Source: Octopus bimaculoides (taxonomy: Eukaryota). From it: a DNA stretch of 63,555 nucleotides. Position numbers and translations under genes: made by a program. The stretch is taken from contig NC_068985.1 in NCBI RefSeq assembly GCF_001194135.2, forward strand, positions 32,963,102-33,026,656, given 5' to 3'. A model generated the notes under the pieces. The model did not search any database. It was not told the origin of the DNA and saw only the letters and a program-made list of their open reading frames with translations. Shown here one piece after another: positions 12,034 to 24,030 of the stretch (its first letter is position 1; the number at the start of each line of letters is the position of its first letter).

Positions 12034-13448
12034 TCATCATCATCATTTAACGTCCGCTTTCCATGCTGGCATGGGTTAGATGGTTTGACTGAGGATTGGC
12101 AAGCCAGGAGGCTGCACCAAGCTCCAATTTGATCTGGCAAGGTTTTTACAGCTGGATGCCCTTCCTAATGCCAACCATTCCAAGAGTGTAGTGTGTGCTT
12201 TTTACGTGCCACTGGCAGGTGATACTGGCATTGACCACACTGGCAGGTGGTACTGGCATCGACCACACTCGAATGGTGCTTTTTATGTGCCACCAACACG
12301 GGACCAGTCAGGCGGCATTGGCATCGACCATGTCCATACGGTGCTTTTTATGTGCCACCAGTATGGGTGCCAGTCAGGCAGTACTGGCATTGGTCATGAC
12401 AATGATTTCACTTGACTCAACAAGTCTTCTCAAGCACAGTATATTGCCCAATGATTGAAGGGTACTCTTAAATGGGCTGGTTATGTGACACTGGCATAGG
12501 CCATGGGTACTGTCTCACTTGGCTTGCCAGATCTTCTCAAGCTCAGCATATCTCCAAAGGTCTCAGTCACTTGTCATTGTCTTTGTGAGGCTCAACATTT
12601 GAAGGTCATGCTTCACCACCTCATCCCAGTTCTTCCTGAGTCTATCTCTTCTACAGGTTCCCTCCACTGTTAGAGTATGACACTTTTTCACACAGCTATC
12701 CTCATCCATATGCAACACATGACCATACCAGCGCAGTCATCTCTCCTGGACTGATGCTTCTTATGTCTAACTTTTTTCTCAGGGTGCTTACACTCTGTCA
12801 TGTATGCACACTGACATTACACATCCAGTGAAGCATACTAGCTTCATTTCTTGCAAGTTTACACATGCCCTCAGCAGACACAGCCCATATTTCACTGCCG
12901 TGTATCATGGCTGTTCGCACGCATGATACAGTCTACCTTTCACTCTGAGCGACAGACCCTTTGTTACCAGCAGAGGTAGGAGCTCTTTGAACTTTGCTCA
13001 AGCTATTCTTATTCTAGCAGCTACGCTCTCAGAGCATCCACCCTCGCTACTGACTTGGTCACCTAGGTAATGGAAGCTATCAACTAATTCTAGTTTTTCC
13101 CCTTGGCGTGTGACGGAAGCTGTTTTCTGCACATTTTCAGTGTCTATTGCTCCTGTGCATCTGTCACATACAAAAACTGCTGTCTTCCCAGTTAGCCTTC
13201 CTTTGATATTACTGCACCTCTTATGTGTCCATAGTTTACAATGGAGTTTCTACCTACCTGAAGGGATTTGTGATTTGTCTACCTTCTTACTAAGACTTTG
13301 GTTTTTGCTAGATTGACTCTAAGGCCCTTCAATTCTAGACCTTGCTTCCACACCTGAAACTTCTCTTGTTCTGATACAGACTCAGCTATTAGAATAAAGT
13401 CATCAGCATAGAGGAGCTCCCAGAGGCATCCTGTCTTGAATTCCTCTC
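12034..13448 (-). mobile_element. RTE LINE, 5'-truncated 1.4-kb copy with RT catalytic motif, degenerate
   Basis: EEFKTGCLWELLYADDFILIAES, GLRVNLAKTKVL, LELVDSFHYLGDQ, LSLRVKGRLY, RWYGHVLHMDEDSCVKKC, 3' UTR and (GAT)n tail. Several stops and frameshifts. Confidence 0.93.
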
Positions 13449-13995
13449 ACACCATAAAATCAAACCTACCAGTACTTCTACAAAGCCCCTAAATGAAAAA
13501 TCTGATTGATGAAAACTTCTTTCAAAACAGTAGATGCCTGTCAAAAAGTCTCAAAATACACCTCACAAGGGCAAAATTCACATCAGAGAATAAATCAGAA
13601 TTTTCTGTAAAAGAATGTGGAAGTGGAGCATGCAACAACAACAACTTCAAATATTTAGAAAGTGGTTTTCACATAAAATTCAAGAGTGGATTCTCATTCA
13701 AAGTAAATGCAGATATGAACTGCAAAACACAGAATCTCATATACTGCATTACTTGCCCCAGCGGCAATGAGAATTATATTAATGAAACAAACTCTTGCCA
13801 GCATGCAAGAGTCTGCAGTCAGCACATCTGACAAGAGGAACTACACAGGGTTCCTCTGAGCAAGCATCTAGAAATATGTGGTGAAGGAAAATTCAAAATC
13901 TTCCTCTTTTACAAATGTTCAAGAGATGACCCAAAGTTCTGAATAGCAATGAAGCTACACTTCATCAGAAAATTCTCTCCAAAATTAAATGTTTG
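13449..13995 (+). mobile_element. Penelope-like element fragment, GIY-YIG endonuclease region
   Basis: SLKIHLTRAKF...ECGSGAC...DMNCKTQNLIYCITCPSGNENYINET, then past a stop VPLSKHLEICG...FIRKFSPKLNV*. This is the Cys/His-flanked GIY-YIG layout typical of PLEs. Confidence 0.82.
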
Positions 13996-14569
13996 AAAGA
14001 GAAGCAGAGGAACTGCATTTTGTCAAAAGGATTGGAAAGAGAAGCTGAGACAATATACATGAACACCCCTTCAAATGATGATGAGATAACATTTATATTA
14101 CACAGTTACTGTTATTTCTGAATGTAGTTCCAATGTTAATAACATTTTTCTTCTTCTCTTGTTTTCAAAACAAACAATGTAATTGAAAAGAAATCTTTCT
14201 CTCTCTATCTATCTATCATCCCCTTCTTTGCTTTTCCTCCCTTTCTCCAAAAAAACAACAACAAAATTTCCTCTTCTAAACAAAGCAAAAAACATCCATA
14301 GAACAAGCAAAAAGAAACAAAGCAAAGAACATCACATAACAGAACATGGAAATGCTCTGTTTTTATCATTTTTATCATTTTAATTTTAATTCTTATCCCG
14401 AAGAGTCTGTTTAAACAAATGAAAGTGCTAATAATAACAAATTATATAATAAGGAATTGTCCAAAATTCTGGTGTTTCTAAATAAGAAAAATGATTTAAA
14501 AACAATTGATCATTTGAAACAAAAGGTTTAGTTAAGCTCTTAAGATATGAGAAAGGGAAACTATGATTA

Positions 14570-14870
14570 AACATAGCTGATATAAAACATGTTTAGCTGT
14601 GACTACTGTTGTAGTATTAAAAGGTGAGAGGAAGACAGAAATTAGTGATGTACCAGATATTGAATGCAGTAGGAGCTGGTTGGATGATTCTCTTTTTAAT
14701 GTGATATATTAGTTTGGTCTTAGATTATGTGTGACATGGGTCATTGCTCCCAACAGTGATCCTTGACATATTTTCAATTAAAGAGGTTTCTGATTTTGTG
14801 AAGAATCTGTAATTACAGTAAATACAGTTTTTGCTAGCTCAAAAGATAATTTAAAATCTCCGTCATAAAT
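14570..14870 (-). mobile_element. Possible highly decayed LINE endonuclease fragment
   Basis: Weak resemblance to the start of an APE domain (LHSISGTSLISVFLSP), with many stops. Confidence 0.25.
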
Positions 14871-14895
14871 GTTTGGAAATATTTTGGGTGTGGTT

Positions 14896-15328
14896 AAGGC
14901 AGCAAGCTGGCAGAATCGTTAGCATGCTGAGTAAAATGCTTAGCAACATTTCATCCGTCTTTATGTTCTGAGTTCAAATTCTGCCAAAGTCAACTTTGCC
15001 CTTCATCCTTTAGGGATCAATAAGTACCAGTTGAGCACTGGGGTTGATGTAATTGACTTACCTCCTTCCCCGAAGTTGCTGGCCCTGTGCCAAAATTTGA
15101 AATCAATATTTTGGATGTGGTTAAGGTAGCAAGCTGAGAGAATCAGCATGCTGGGCAAAATGCTCAAAAGAATTTTGTTCATCTTTATGTTCTGAGTTCT
15201 GTTGGGGTTGACTTTGCCTTTCATCCTTTCAGAGTTGATAAAATAAGTACCAATTAAATACTCAGGTCAATGAAATCAATTTACCTCCTCCCCTCAAATT
15301 GCTGACCTTGTGCCAAAATTTGAAATCG
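14896..15328 (+). mobile_element. Head-to-tail dimer of SINE family B (tRNA-derived, Meta/Sauria-like core)
   Basis: Two units (14896-15105 and 15123-15328), each with a gactttgcc(c/t)ttcatcctt...aataagtacca core, bounded by a 17-bp repeat present three times. Confidence 0.88.
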
Positions 15329-15787
15329 ATATTTTGGATGTGGTTTTCGTTTAGGTCAGTTACATAAAAAGGCATTATAAGAACTTTTTTTCATTTCAGT
15401 AGTAAATTGTTTATAATTGCTGATTTTGGGTATTGACTGGTATTAGGTTTTCAGGGATACCTTAGGTAACATCTAGTGTTACAAAGGGATTATGTTTGTC
15501 AGTTAAAAGTAGTCATGAAAGGAAGATGCTTGAAAGTGAAAGACAAAATCAGCTTAAGAATGTTTGTTTGAAAGTGAGAAATGAGTTTGTTGAGTCAGAA
15601 CAAAAATGTAATCAAGATGACAAAAATTTCTTTCTATAAATTATTGTATTTTACTCAAGAACTGAATGACTAAATATTGTATCAATATCTGTTTATTGTA
15701 AATTAGCAACATTAACAATGGTGAAGGGGAAATTCTAGCTCTACAGTAAATATTTACATTTTTCAAGTCAATATATGAAATGTAAAT

Positions 15788-15992
15788 AAGGCAATGAGCT
15801 GGCAGAATCATTAGCATGCTGGACAAAATGCTTAGCAGTCTTTACATTCTGAGTTCAAATTCCACCAAGGTCAACTTTGCCTTTTATCCTTTTGGGGTTG
15901 ATAAAATAAGTACCAGTGTAGTACTGGGGTTGATATAATTGACTAGCCCCAACTCCAAAATTGCTGGCCTTGTGCCAAACTTGAAATCAATA
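15788..15992 (+). mobile_element. SINE family B
   Basis: ggcagaatcattagcatgctggacaaaatgcttagc...caactttgccttttatccttttggggttgataaaataagtaccag. Confidence 0.88.
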
Positions 15993-16496
15993 TATTGAAT
16001 GTAAGCATGATAATAGATAAATAAAATACAAAGAAAATGTGTGGATGCTAGGCTAACACCACTTGATCCAGTTTACCAGCTGATGTGTGTTTAAGATACA
16101 CATAGGACTAATCTGTTCTTTTTATATTTATATCTTATTTGTCTAACATCATTATTCCCATTGCATATGTAGCAATAGTTTCTCATTCAATGATTTAAGA
16201 AATGGCTGTGTTAAATATATAAACTATATCCCTTTATAATATTTCTTCTATTCTAATCAAATGTGTTAGGATGGGATTGTTTTATGGATTGAACACTAGA
16301 CTGTTAAGAGGTAACCTTTCCTAGATTTGGCATTCGTTTTCAGTTGTCTAAATAAAGTGAAGTATATAGAAGTAAGTGTATTGCTGGAATACATAACATG
16401 AAAGATTAGAATATAAGATCTATGAGCTAATATCTCCAATTGTCTTATTCACTCAAACATATTGCCACACATTTTAGGCCTTGTGCTTGGAGTAGA

Positions 16497-16684
16497 AAGG
16501 ATTGGCAGAATTATTAGCATGCTGGATGAAATGTTTAGCGGTATTTCATCCATTGCTGAGGTTGACTTTGCCTTTCATCCTTTTGGGGTCGATTTAATAA
16601 GTACCAGTTGAATGGTACTTGACTCAATGTAATCGACTCATCCCCGCCCCCAAAATGGCTACCCTTGTGGCAAAAATTTGAAAC

Positions 16685-16726
<42 letters not shown>

Positions 16727-16727
16727 G
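16497..16727 (+). mobile_element. SINE family B with (ATT)n tail
   Basis: Same head and core as the other B copies, followed by (att)n. Confidence 0.85.
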
Positions 16728-16734
16728 TTCATTG

Positions 16735-16900
16735 AAAGCTGATTGAGTTCATTACAACTCAGTTTCTCTTGTAAACCTTCAGGTGACAGAACGATAAATT
16801 CATCTACATGAATGAAATACATTTCATCTTGTTTGTGTGAGTAAATAAGAATCAGCCTGAGATTTAGAAGATTCAAATTTGAGATTACTGTCCACATGTA
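16735..16900 (-). mobile_element. Decayed LINE RT fragment
   Basis: YFIHVDEFIVLSPEGLQEKL resembles the YADD...SPEGLQ..L segment of non-LTR RTs. Confidence 0.35.
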
Positions 16901-18319
16901 ATGGTGGGGGAAAAACTAGAGGGAATGTGTTCATTCTTTTATTTTTTTAATTTATGTATTGGTTTGTTTGTTTGTTTTGTTATGCTAACAAAGTTAGGCT
17001 GGGTATACTGGGTAATTTCTCACCAGTCAGTTACTTTGTTATTTCCAGTTTTTACAAATTGGTACTCAATATTTTATTTTCTTTGGATGATACCATACTT
17101 TGATTGCCATAATTTTTATGAATGCTATTTTTTAAAAGAATTGTTGTTAAAGCCTTAAGCAGTATTGTATTGAATTATTATTTTCTTTTTCAATAAGTTT
17201 TTTTTTATATAATTTTCATACAAAATTTAGTTCTTTTCCATCATATACAGTTTGTTCTAGACACTATTTCATATTTAAAATATAAATAAAAAGGAATGAA
17301 ATTTCATGAATGTAAAATGTGCTTTGGAGACAAATTTATTGTTGGCAATATTGGAGAATTTATTGTAATACAATTTGTAATAAAGCAATTTAACTTGTTT
17401 TGGTTTCATTTTAAAAAACATAATAAAAGGATTCATTATTAACAGGAAGTATAATTTTGTTTTTGTGAATCATGTTATAGGAGTATAGAAATTTAAAAAT
17501 ACATGATTAATTAAAAAATTAGTGACATACAATTCTCTCACCACTTTTCTCTCAATATACATATGGAAGGATGCTATATGCCTAATTTAAAACTTGACAG
17601 CACTGCTTTATAATGTCAAGATACTGTGGCCATAACCACTGCCACATGCACACAATTGCCTTGCAATCATCTCAGTATGAGATTGGCTGTTTAAAATTTA
17701 TAAAATATAAGTTTGAAATAGTAGTTGTCAAATACATCCATCTTCATAAACTTAATGTATGGGAGTATCTGCTTGTCTAGTTAGCATTTATACAGTCAAT
17801 CAAACCCTGTGTAAACAAAAGGGTTAATGCATTTTGGTAGTATATTCTTAAGTGGGTTCAGTTCTCGTCTGATGCTTTTTCTATTTTGTTCCTTTGTATT
17901 TCATATACTTGTTCTTAGCTCTGTAGTTACATAACAAAGGAAATCAGAGTAAAATTCCACTAGTGAATAGTAGTTCTGTACTGTTGCCTGCAGTTTTCAA
18001 TACATAAATGACTAAGTGTTGTTAGGATAGTGAAATATCTCATCAGTGTGTCTGGATATTCTAAAGCTTATAATCAAAGTAAAAAATGGTACTGAACTAA
18101 TCAGATAATTAGAAATGTACCAGCAAAAATCATGAAACTATTAAATGTGTAATAAAGACTGTTTTTTTTTTTTAATTGCCACTGATGCATCTGATATGCA
18201 TCTTTGTATAATTTATATTCTTATATGTATGAATAGTAGGTAGTGACTAGTTAGGCCTGGCATTTGGGATGACTACAAAAGTTATATCTGCTCATGTTTA
18301 GAGAGGGTGTGATGTAGTG

Positions 18320-19200
18320 TTATTGTTTTAGTATGAGTGGTATTTTTTCTTTCTGTTAAAATGAGGCAAAATTGGCATGGTCACAAGGTCTTTGTCAATG
18401 AATGCAGGGTTGGCATGTGATATCTAGGTTGCATGTGGATGATATGTGGTTGGGGAAGGTCAGAGAGTAATAAAGAGTTGTCTCATCTGCATAAGAGTTG
18501 GCATTGTTGCATATGGTGGCAAGCAGGTCCTTGATGTACAGAAGAGAGAGAGAGAGTGGATGACAAAACTGAACTTTGAGAAACACCAGAGTTGATGGAG
18601 AATGGGGAAGAAAGGGCACATGTCACACTGGTGTGATTTGATAGGGAGATACTGATCCAAGATATGAGAAATGGCTGAAGATTATAGGTGAGAAATTTTG
18701 ATAGTTGAGTTGCATGCCAAACACTGTTGAAGGCTTTGTTGATGTCAAGAACTACATTCTCTAGTTACCAAACTTCTGTTTCTATAACTATATCAAACAT
18801 ATTTTATAAAATTATTTAACAGTATGTTGTATGTAAAAATCTTTTAATTTTTCTGTAACTTATTAACTTCATTTATCAGTGGTAGATAACAGATGTGTTT
18901 GATGTGGTGGAGTTGGGGACTGAGATTGAAGTGGTCATTTGTCAATATTAGTTAGTAGAGCTTGAGGTAGTATTAGTTAGTAGAAGCCTGAGGTAACTGA
19001 GAAGAGACCGAGTCAATGGTAGATGTGTCATCAATATCATTAGCTGGCTTATCAGCTATAGCAGGGTTGTAATGAGTCAAATTTCATTTGGTTTCTTTAT
19101 TATTTTCGGATAATGTGTTCTCTTAAGTCTCAGACATGTTGATGATATTGTTGAGCATTAGTGTCTGTTGACAATGTACAAAATGGTGCAATCAAAATAC
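18320..19200 (-). mobile_element. Old CR1-like LINE relic (RT at 18320-18830, possible endonuclease end at 18880-19200)
   Basis: NSGVSQSSVLSST, LLYIKDLL, NSYADETTLYYSL. The upstream NDHFNLS resembles the SDH motif. Confidence 0.72.
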
Positions 19201-19613
19201 TCCCACATAACAATGTCTATATGCGTGTGTGTGTGTGTGTGTTTATGCATGTACATGTATATGTATATATATCTATATGTATAATAATTATTTTTTGGGA
19301 ACAATGGTTCTCAAAGCACACAAAGCTATAAATAATAGCATGTAAATATGGGGTTATAAAACCCTTTTGGATAGCAATTAGTTGGAGTTAGGTTCTTTGG
19401 AGCCTTATCGATATGACAGAAGACTCTCATGAGATCTCATTTTAACTCCTCTTAATCAATTATATCTCACAACGAGATATTTCAACTTTATACATCTATT
19501 CTATAGATTTGGCCTGCACATTTTGGAAAATAGTGAAGCCTGTATTTCTTTGACAAAAAGTGATGTGGCCCTTAATACAATTTCAAATAAATTTAATTAG
19601 TATTTTCAATATC

Positions 19614-19810
19614 TTTTACTTGTTTCAGTCATTCTACTGCTGCCATGCTGGGGCACCTCCTTGAGGAATTTTTATCAAACTAATCAACCCCAAAAGCCTA
19701 GTACTTATTCTATTGGGGTCTTTTACCAAACTGCTAAGTTATGGTAATGTAAACATGCCAACAACAGTTGTCAAAACTTGGGGACAAACACACACACACA
19801 TACACACACA
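19614..19810 (-). mobile_element. SINE family A, 3' half
   Basis: tttacttgtttcagtcatt...gccatgctggggcacc...gtacttattctattggggtcttttacc. Confidence 0.82.
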
Positions 19811-20210
19811 CAATAATAAAAGTGAAATTCTGTCTGTCTGGGACCCATGCATCTCAGTCTACATTTGCTCTACATAGATATATTATACCTTTTTGGAATC
19901 AGGATAATCGCAGAATTGAAAATCTGTCCTTCATTTGGTTCTTGAACATCCAGCATTGGGATCAGGTCTGGATGAAAATTTGTTATATGATAACAGTTGA
20001 AAATTCAAATTTTACAAGCTCCAAAAATTTGTGAACTTATTAGTTTTTCATTTAAGCTGAATTTGAAGTAATACCATATTGGTAGGGTACCAATAAATGC
20101 TTTATTATTGCTCTCTTTAGTTTTGGGCTGTAGGCCCAATCAATCCTCTGCAGGAACTAGCTGAAAAGTCTGCACAGTGTTTTTCTTCCCTCTTTGGACT
20201 TTTCTGTTTG

Positions 20211-20247
20211 CCTTTCTGATGAAGAGCTATGCTCAAAATGTCAAGTG
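20211..20247 (+). ncRNA. Decayed minimal type I hammerhead ribozyme motif (Penelope/retrozyme type)
   Basis: ccttt-CUGAUGA-A-gagc(uau)gcuc-[a]AAA-[u]GUC-aagug. Stem II is perfect; G12 and C15.2 are each changed by a CpG-type transition. Confidence 0.62.
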
Positions 20248-20330
20248 TTCACTTCTTACTGAACATCCTCTTGTTTGTTATTGTTATTTTTAATGTTTAT
20301 TTATTTGATTTGACCATATATGTATATACA

Positions 20331-20456
20331 CATTGGGCTTCTTTTCAGTTTCTGTTTACCAAATCCACTCCCAAGACTTTGGTCAGCCCAAGGTGCTATG
20401 CAATGAGACTGAACCCAGGGCCATGTGGTTGGGAAGCAAACTTCTTACCACATAGC
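20331..20456 (-). mobile_element. SINE family A, 5' half
   Basis: cttttcagtttctgtttaccaaatccact...ccatgtggttgggaagcaaacttcttaccac. Confidence 0.85.
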
Positions 20457-20923
20457 TGAATCCTGATTATAGAACAGAGGGGAGAATTTGGATACCTAAT
20501 TTAAATTTTGGCTCTGCAATCACATGCATAATATGATTTCTTATAAACAGCAATAAATTTATGATTTTTCATTTGCAGACCTGTGTTAAGCAAGTTTAGC
20601 AACAGAAAGCAGCATATGGTTAAGGCAATAAAATAAATTGATGAATCAAATTTTGTTTTCCTGAATGATCATATGTTGTAGATGACTTCATTTCGTATTA
20701 CATATAACTGCACACGCTATATAGATTTTTATGTGTAAGTAAACATATATTTGTATGTACACAGTACATTAAACATATTTTTTTTATTCAGTATTGAGTT
20801 TAAGAATAATGAACTAGTATTGACTAAATTCACTGATTCTCTGCTTATCTTGGTAATATTTTCTACAAAGTTCAACAGTTTGTCACTATAGATTTTTCTA
20901 CTATACAATTGTCAATAGTGCTC

Positions 20924-20954
<31 letters not shown>

Positions 20955-21114
20955 AAAAAATAAGCTTTATAAAACAGTCTGTTGAGATTAAAGAAACTCA
21001 CAAAAATGACTTGCAGGAACTAATTACAGATTTGCAATCTTTATAGATGACTTGTCTATATTTATAACAATCAGAGAATTACAGCATTGCTTACATATCT
21101 GAAAGGGGAACAAA

Positions 21115-21152
<38 letters not shown>

Positions 21153-21424
21153 TGTGTGTGTGTTTCTTAGAAACTTAGTTGTAGTTTGCAAAGCTGTTCT
21201 AGAATGTACATTTTGAATCTATTTTGTTAACCTCAGCTAGAGCCCTAATGTTTATGAGGAAAGCATGAATGCCACAACTTCAGATTTCCTCTTTCAGATC
21301 TTTCTTTATCCAAATTTCTATAAGAAATTAATACTTTTGGTGGTTCCACTTTCTTTCTTTTTTTAAGTGTTTAAAACAACTGTGCTAACAAACATATAAT
21401 CAACAAAGGAAATACATAGGTTAA

Positions 21425-21815
21425 AACCTTCCACATAACTATATATGGTTGTGTAGGCACAGCTATGACTGGAAAAGAAATTTGCTTGTTTGCTTCTCTA
21501 TCACATAATTCTATATTTAGTCCCATGACACAGGCCAACCAACGTCTTGTGAATCTGTATGTCTTTCCTTGTCTTGACCTCACACACTTATTATAAACAA
21601 ACTTGACCATCATACAAGCAGTAATATTTGTCTGCAGGCTTCTGTGAAAGCATATCTGGGCTACTGGAAAATATTACCTAGCTTGGAAACAAGTGGGGTT
21701 AGTGATAGGAAGAGTGTCCTCTGGCCATAAAATAAGTCTCTTTAATGAATCTAATCTGACCCATAATATCCTGGAAAAGTAGATATTAAAACAATAATGA
21801 TGACAATGATCAGCA
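21425..21815 (+). mobile_element. SINE family A' (RTE-type tail), old copy
   Basis: ggaaaatattacctagcttggaaacaag...gataggaagagtgtcc...tctgacccata...ggaaaagtagatattaaaacaataatgatgac, similar to 50290-50490. Confidence 0.65.
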
Positions 21816-21899
21816 ATAAAAGCATTTCATGATAGCTGATGATAGGATTTCTCTTTTTTTTTTACATGCAATACTATTTTTTTCTTTTACTTTCTCAGT

Positions 21900-22260
21900 A
21901 TTGTGTGTTTTCCTTCACACTGTTCTAAGTAAATTCTTATTATTGCCTCAAGTTTTCCTTATGAATTCTTGTCTCTATTAATGATCTTTGTTATTTTTAA
22001 CTATACAATCCTATGCAGATGATGCAACCATTCACTCACTCTTAATATTCATACTAGCTTCTTCCACATGCAACCTAAGCACTTCATACCAGACTTGAAC
22101 TGCTTCAGTTAATAGAGAAATTGAAAACATCCTGTATTAGAAACTTGGTTACCAAGTCTCTTTTAGTAGCACACTAAGGCAGTCACTACATGCATTTAAA
22201 AAAAATGGTTTTGTACTTCTACCTTCTGAATAATATAATACTCAAACCTGTGCCTATGAC
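21900..22260 (+). mobile_element. Old CR1-like LINE RT relic
   Basis: SINDL and IQSYADDATIHSL, plus SSTCNL shared with the relic at 18.4 kb. Confidence 0.6.
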
Positions 22261-23683
22261 TTTACAAGTTGAATATTAAATATATTTACTTTGTCTGAGA
22301 GGGCTTACAAAGGTATCTGGTATCACTCTTAAATCATTGAATTAACAATAATGAAAATGTATCTATTTATACTTATTTCTAGTAATATTAAGTGGCTGAA
22401 AGGCACTTCTCCATTTGGATAGGATACAGTCTATTACAATTAATTTTTCTTACATCCTAGATGTTGGAACCTATCAAGTCATTAGTTAAGATGATTATAC
22501 AACCCTACAGTATATATATAGTCATTGAGCCATCTTAATGTATTGACAAGGCAACTACCAACTTCTGGTTTCCTATCTACACAAATATCTGTATTACTGG
22601 TAAATTTCTTGAACCAACGTTATTAACATAACTTAGCTAATCAAATAGATTTGTGTTTACAACAATTGAAATTTCAAATCTTTTGAAATATTTTTAATTA
22701 ATCTTATGAATTTATTATGTAAAAATAGTATGATTGCAGGACTTCTGCTGAAAATGTTAAACATGTATTTCACTTAAAGGTTAAATTTTGTGAAGAGTGA
22801 CTTGTTAATCAAGAAATATGTTTCTTTATTGCTTTTAGTCAGGTAGTGTGTTCTTTCAACCTACAGAAGCGTAGAGACTAGTGGCATATCATGGGTAGAC
22901 TGTTCCAAACGAAGGAAATTGGAACATTGTTTTATAAAGTAAATGCTACATGTGTAAATGACATTATAGTATGTTTATAGATAGTGCAAAAATATGTGAA
23001 ATAGAAAAGACATGGTGAAGCAGTGTATGAGTAGGGCATTCTGAATATATGCACCTGCTGGAGACTGGTTTAATTGGAGTAGAATCAATTTTATTACCAT
23101 TGACTTTTAGGTAGATTTATAACTCTCTTCAACCGATATTTAGATCATTCATGTAGTTACAATTTTAAACTGCAATTACTTGTCTGACTGACTATCAGTT
23201 CTTCTCTTAATTCATTGTTGAGTGGTTAGAGGTGAAAGGCATGCATGTGGAAAAAAATCTTTTCTTTAGATTAATTACATCAAGTATACTACAAATTACA
23301 GCTATGAGAAATGTTTCATTAAGCTAACTTATTTATTTAATTTATTTTGATTTACAGTTACTGAAAAACAGCACCATTGGTTAGAGATTTTCATCTGGCC
23401 AATCACTGGTTCACCTTTTTTTCCAACCTGTTCTTGTTTTGGCTTTTATACTTTTCTGAGCACCTACCTGTATTGCTAACTGGGTCAGTTAGGTAACTGA
23501 AACTATCAACTATTTCTAGAGAGCCATCCAAGTATCTGAGATAATTTATTCATCAATGCTTATTGGTTAATAGGGTAGGTAGACCTTTCATCATGTTGCA
23601 ATGAGTTAATTAGTTGAAGTGGGGGTAATAGTTCATTTGCTAGATATAAAATAAAAATTGGAAATTATTTTTTATCTTTTATC

Positions 23684-24030
23684 TTTTGCTTGTTCAAGTC
23701 CTTGAAGAATTTTAGTAAAAAGGAATCAGCCTCAGTACTTATGTTTTTAAACCTGGTACTTATTCTATCTGTCTTTTGCTGAATCATTTAGGGGACATAA
23801 ATACATCAACACCAGTTGTCAAGCAGTGTGTGTGGCAGGGACAAATACAGACATGAATACATACATACATGCGTTCTTCTTTCAGTTTCTGTCTGCTAAA
23901 TCCACAAGGTTTTGGTTTTTGGTCAGCCTGAAGTTATAGTAGAAAATACTTGCCCGTAGTGGCATGCAGTGGAAGTGAATCTGGAACTATGTGGTTTGGA
24001 AGCAAACTTCTTACCACACAGCCATGCCTG
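23684..24030 (-). mobile_element. SINE family A
   Basis: Head gcaaacttcttaccacacagccatgcc, core tatagtagaaaatacttgccc and body ctggtacttattctat. Confidence 0.85.

Noticed and set aside
15467-15638. Open stretch VTSSVTKG...DKNFFL* after an AG
   Set aside because: No recognisable homology, weak acceptor and no supporting exons.
20925-20960. Poly(A) run as a retrocopy tail
   Set aside because: No upstream ORF, poly(A) signal or TSD visible.
21511-21700. Two apparent in-frame exons (SHDTGQPTSCES and ASVKAYLGYWKILPSLETSG) with plausible splice sites
   Set aside because: They lie inside a family A' SINE copy.
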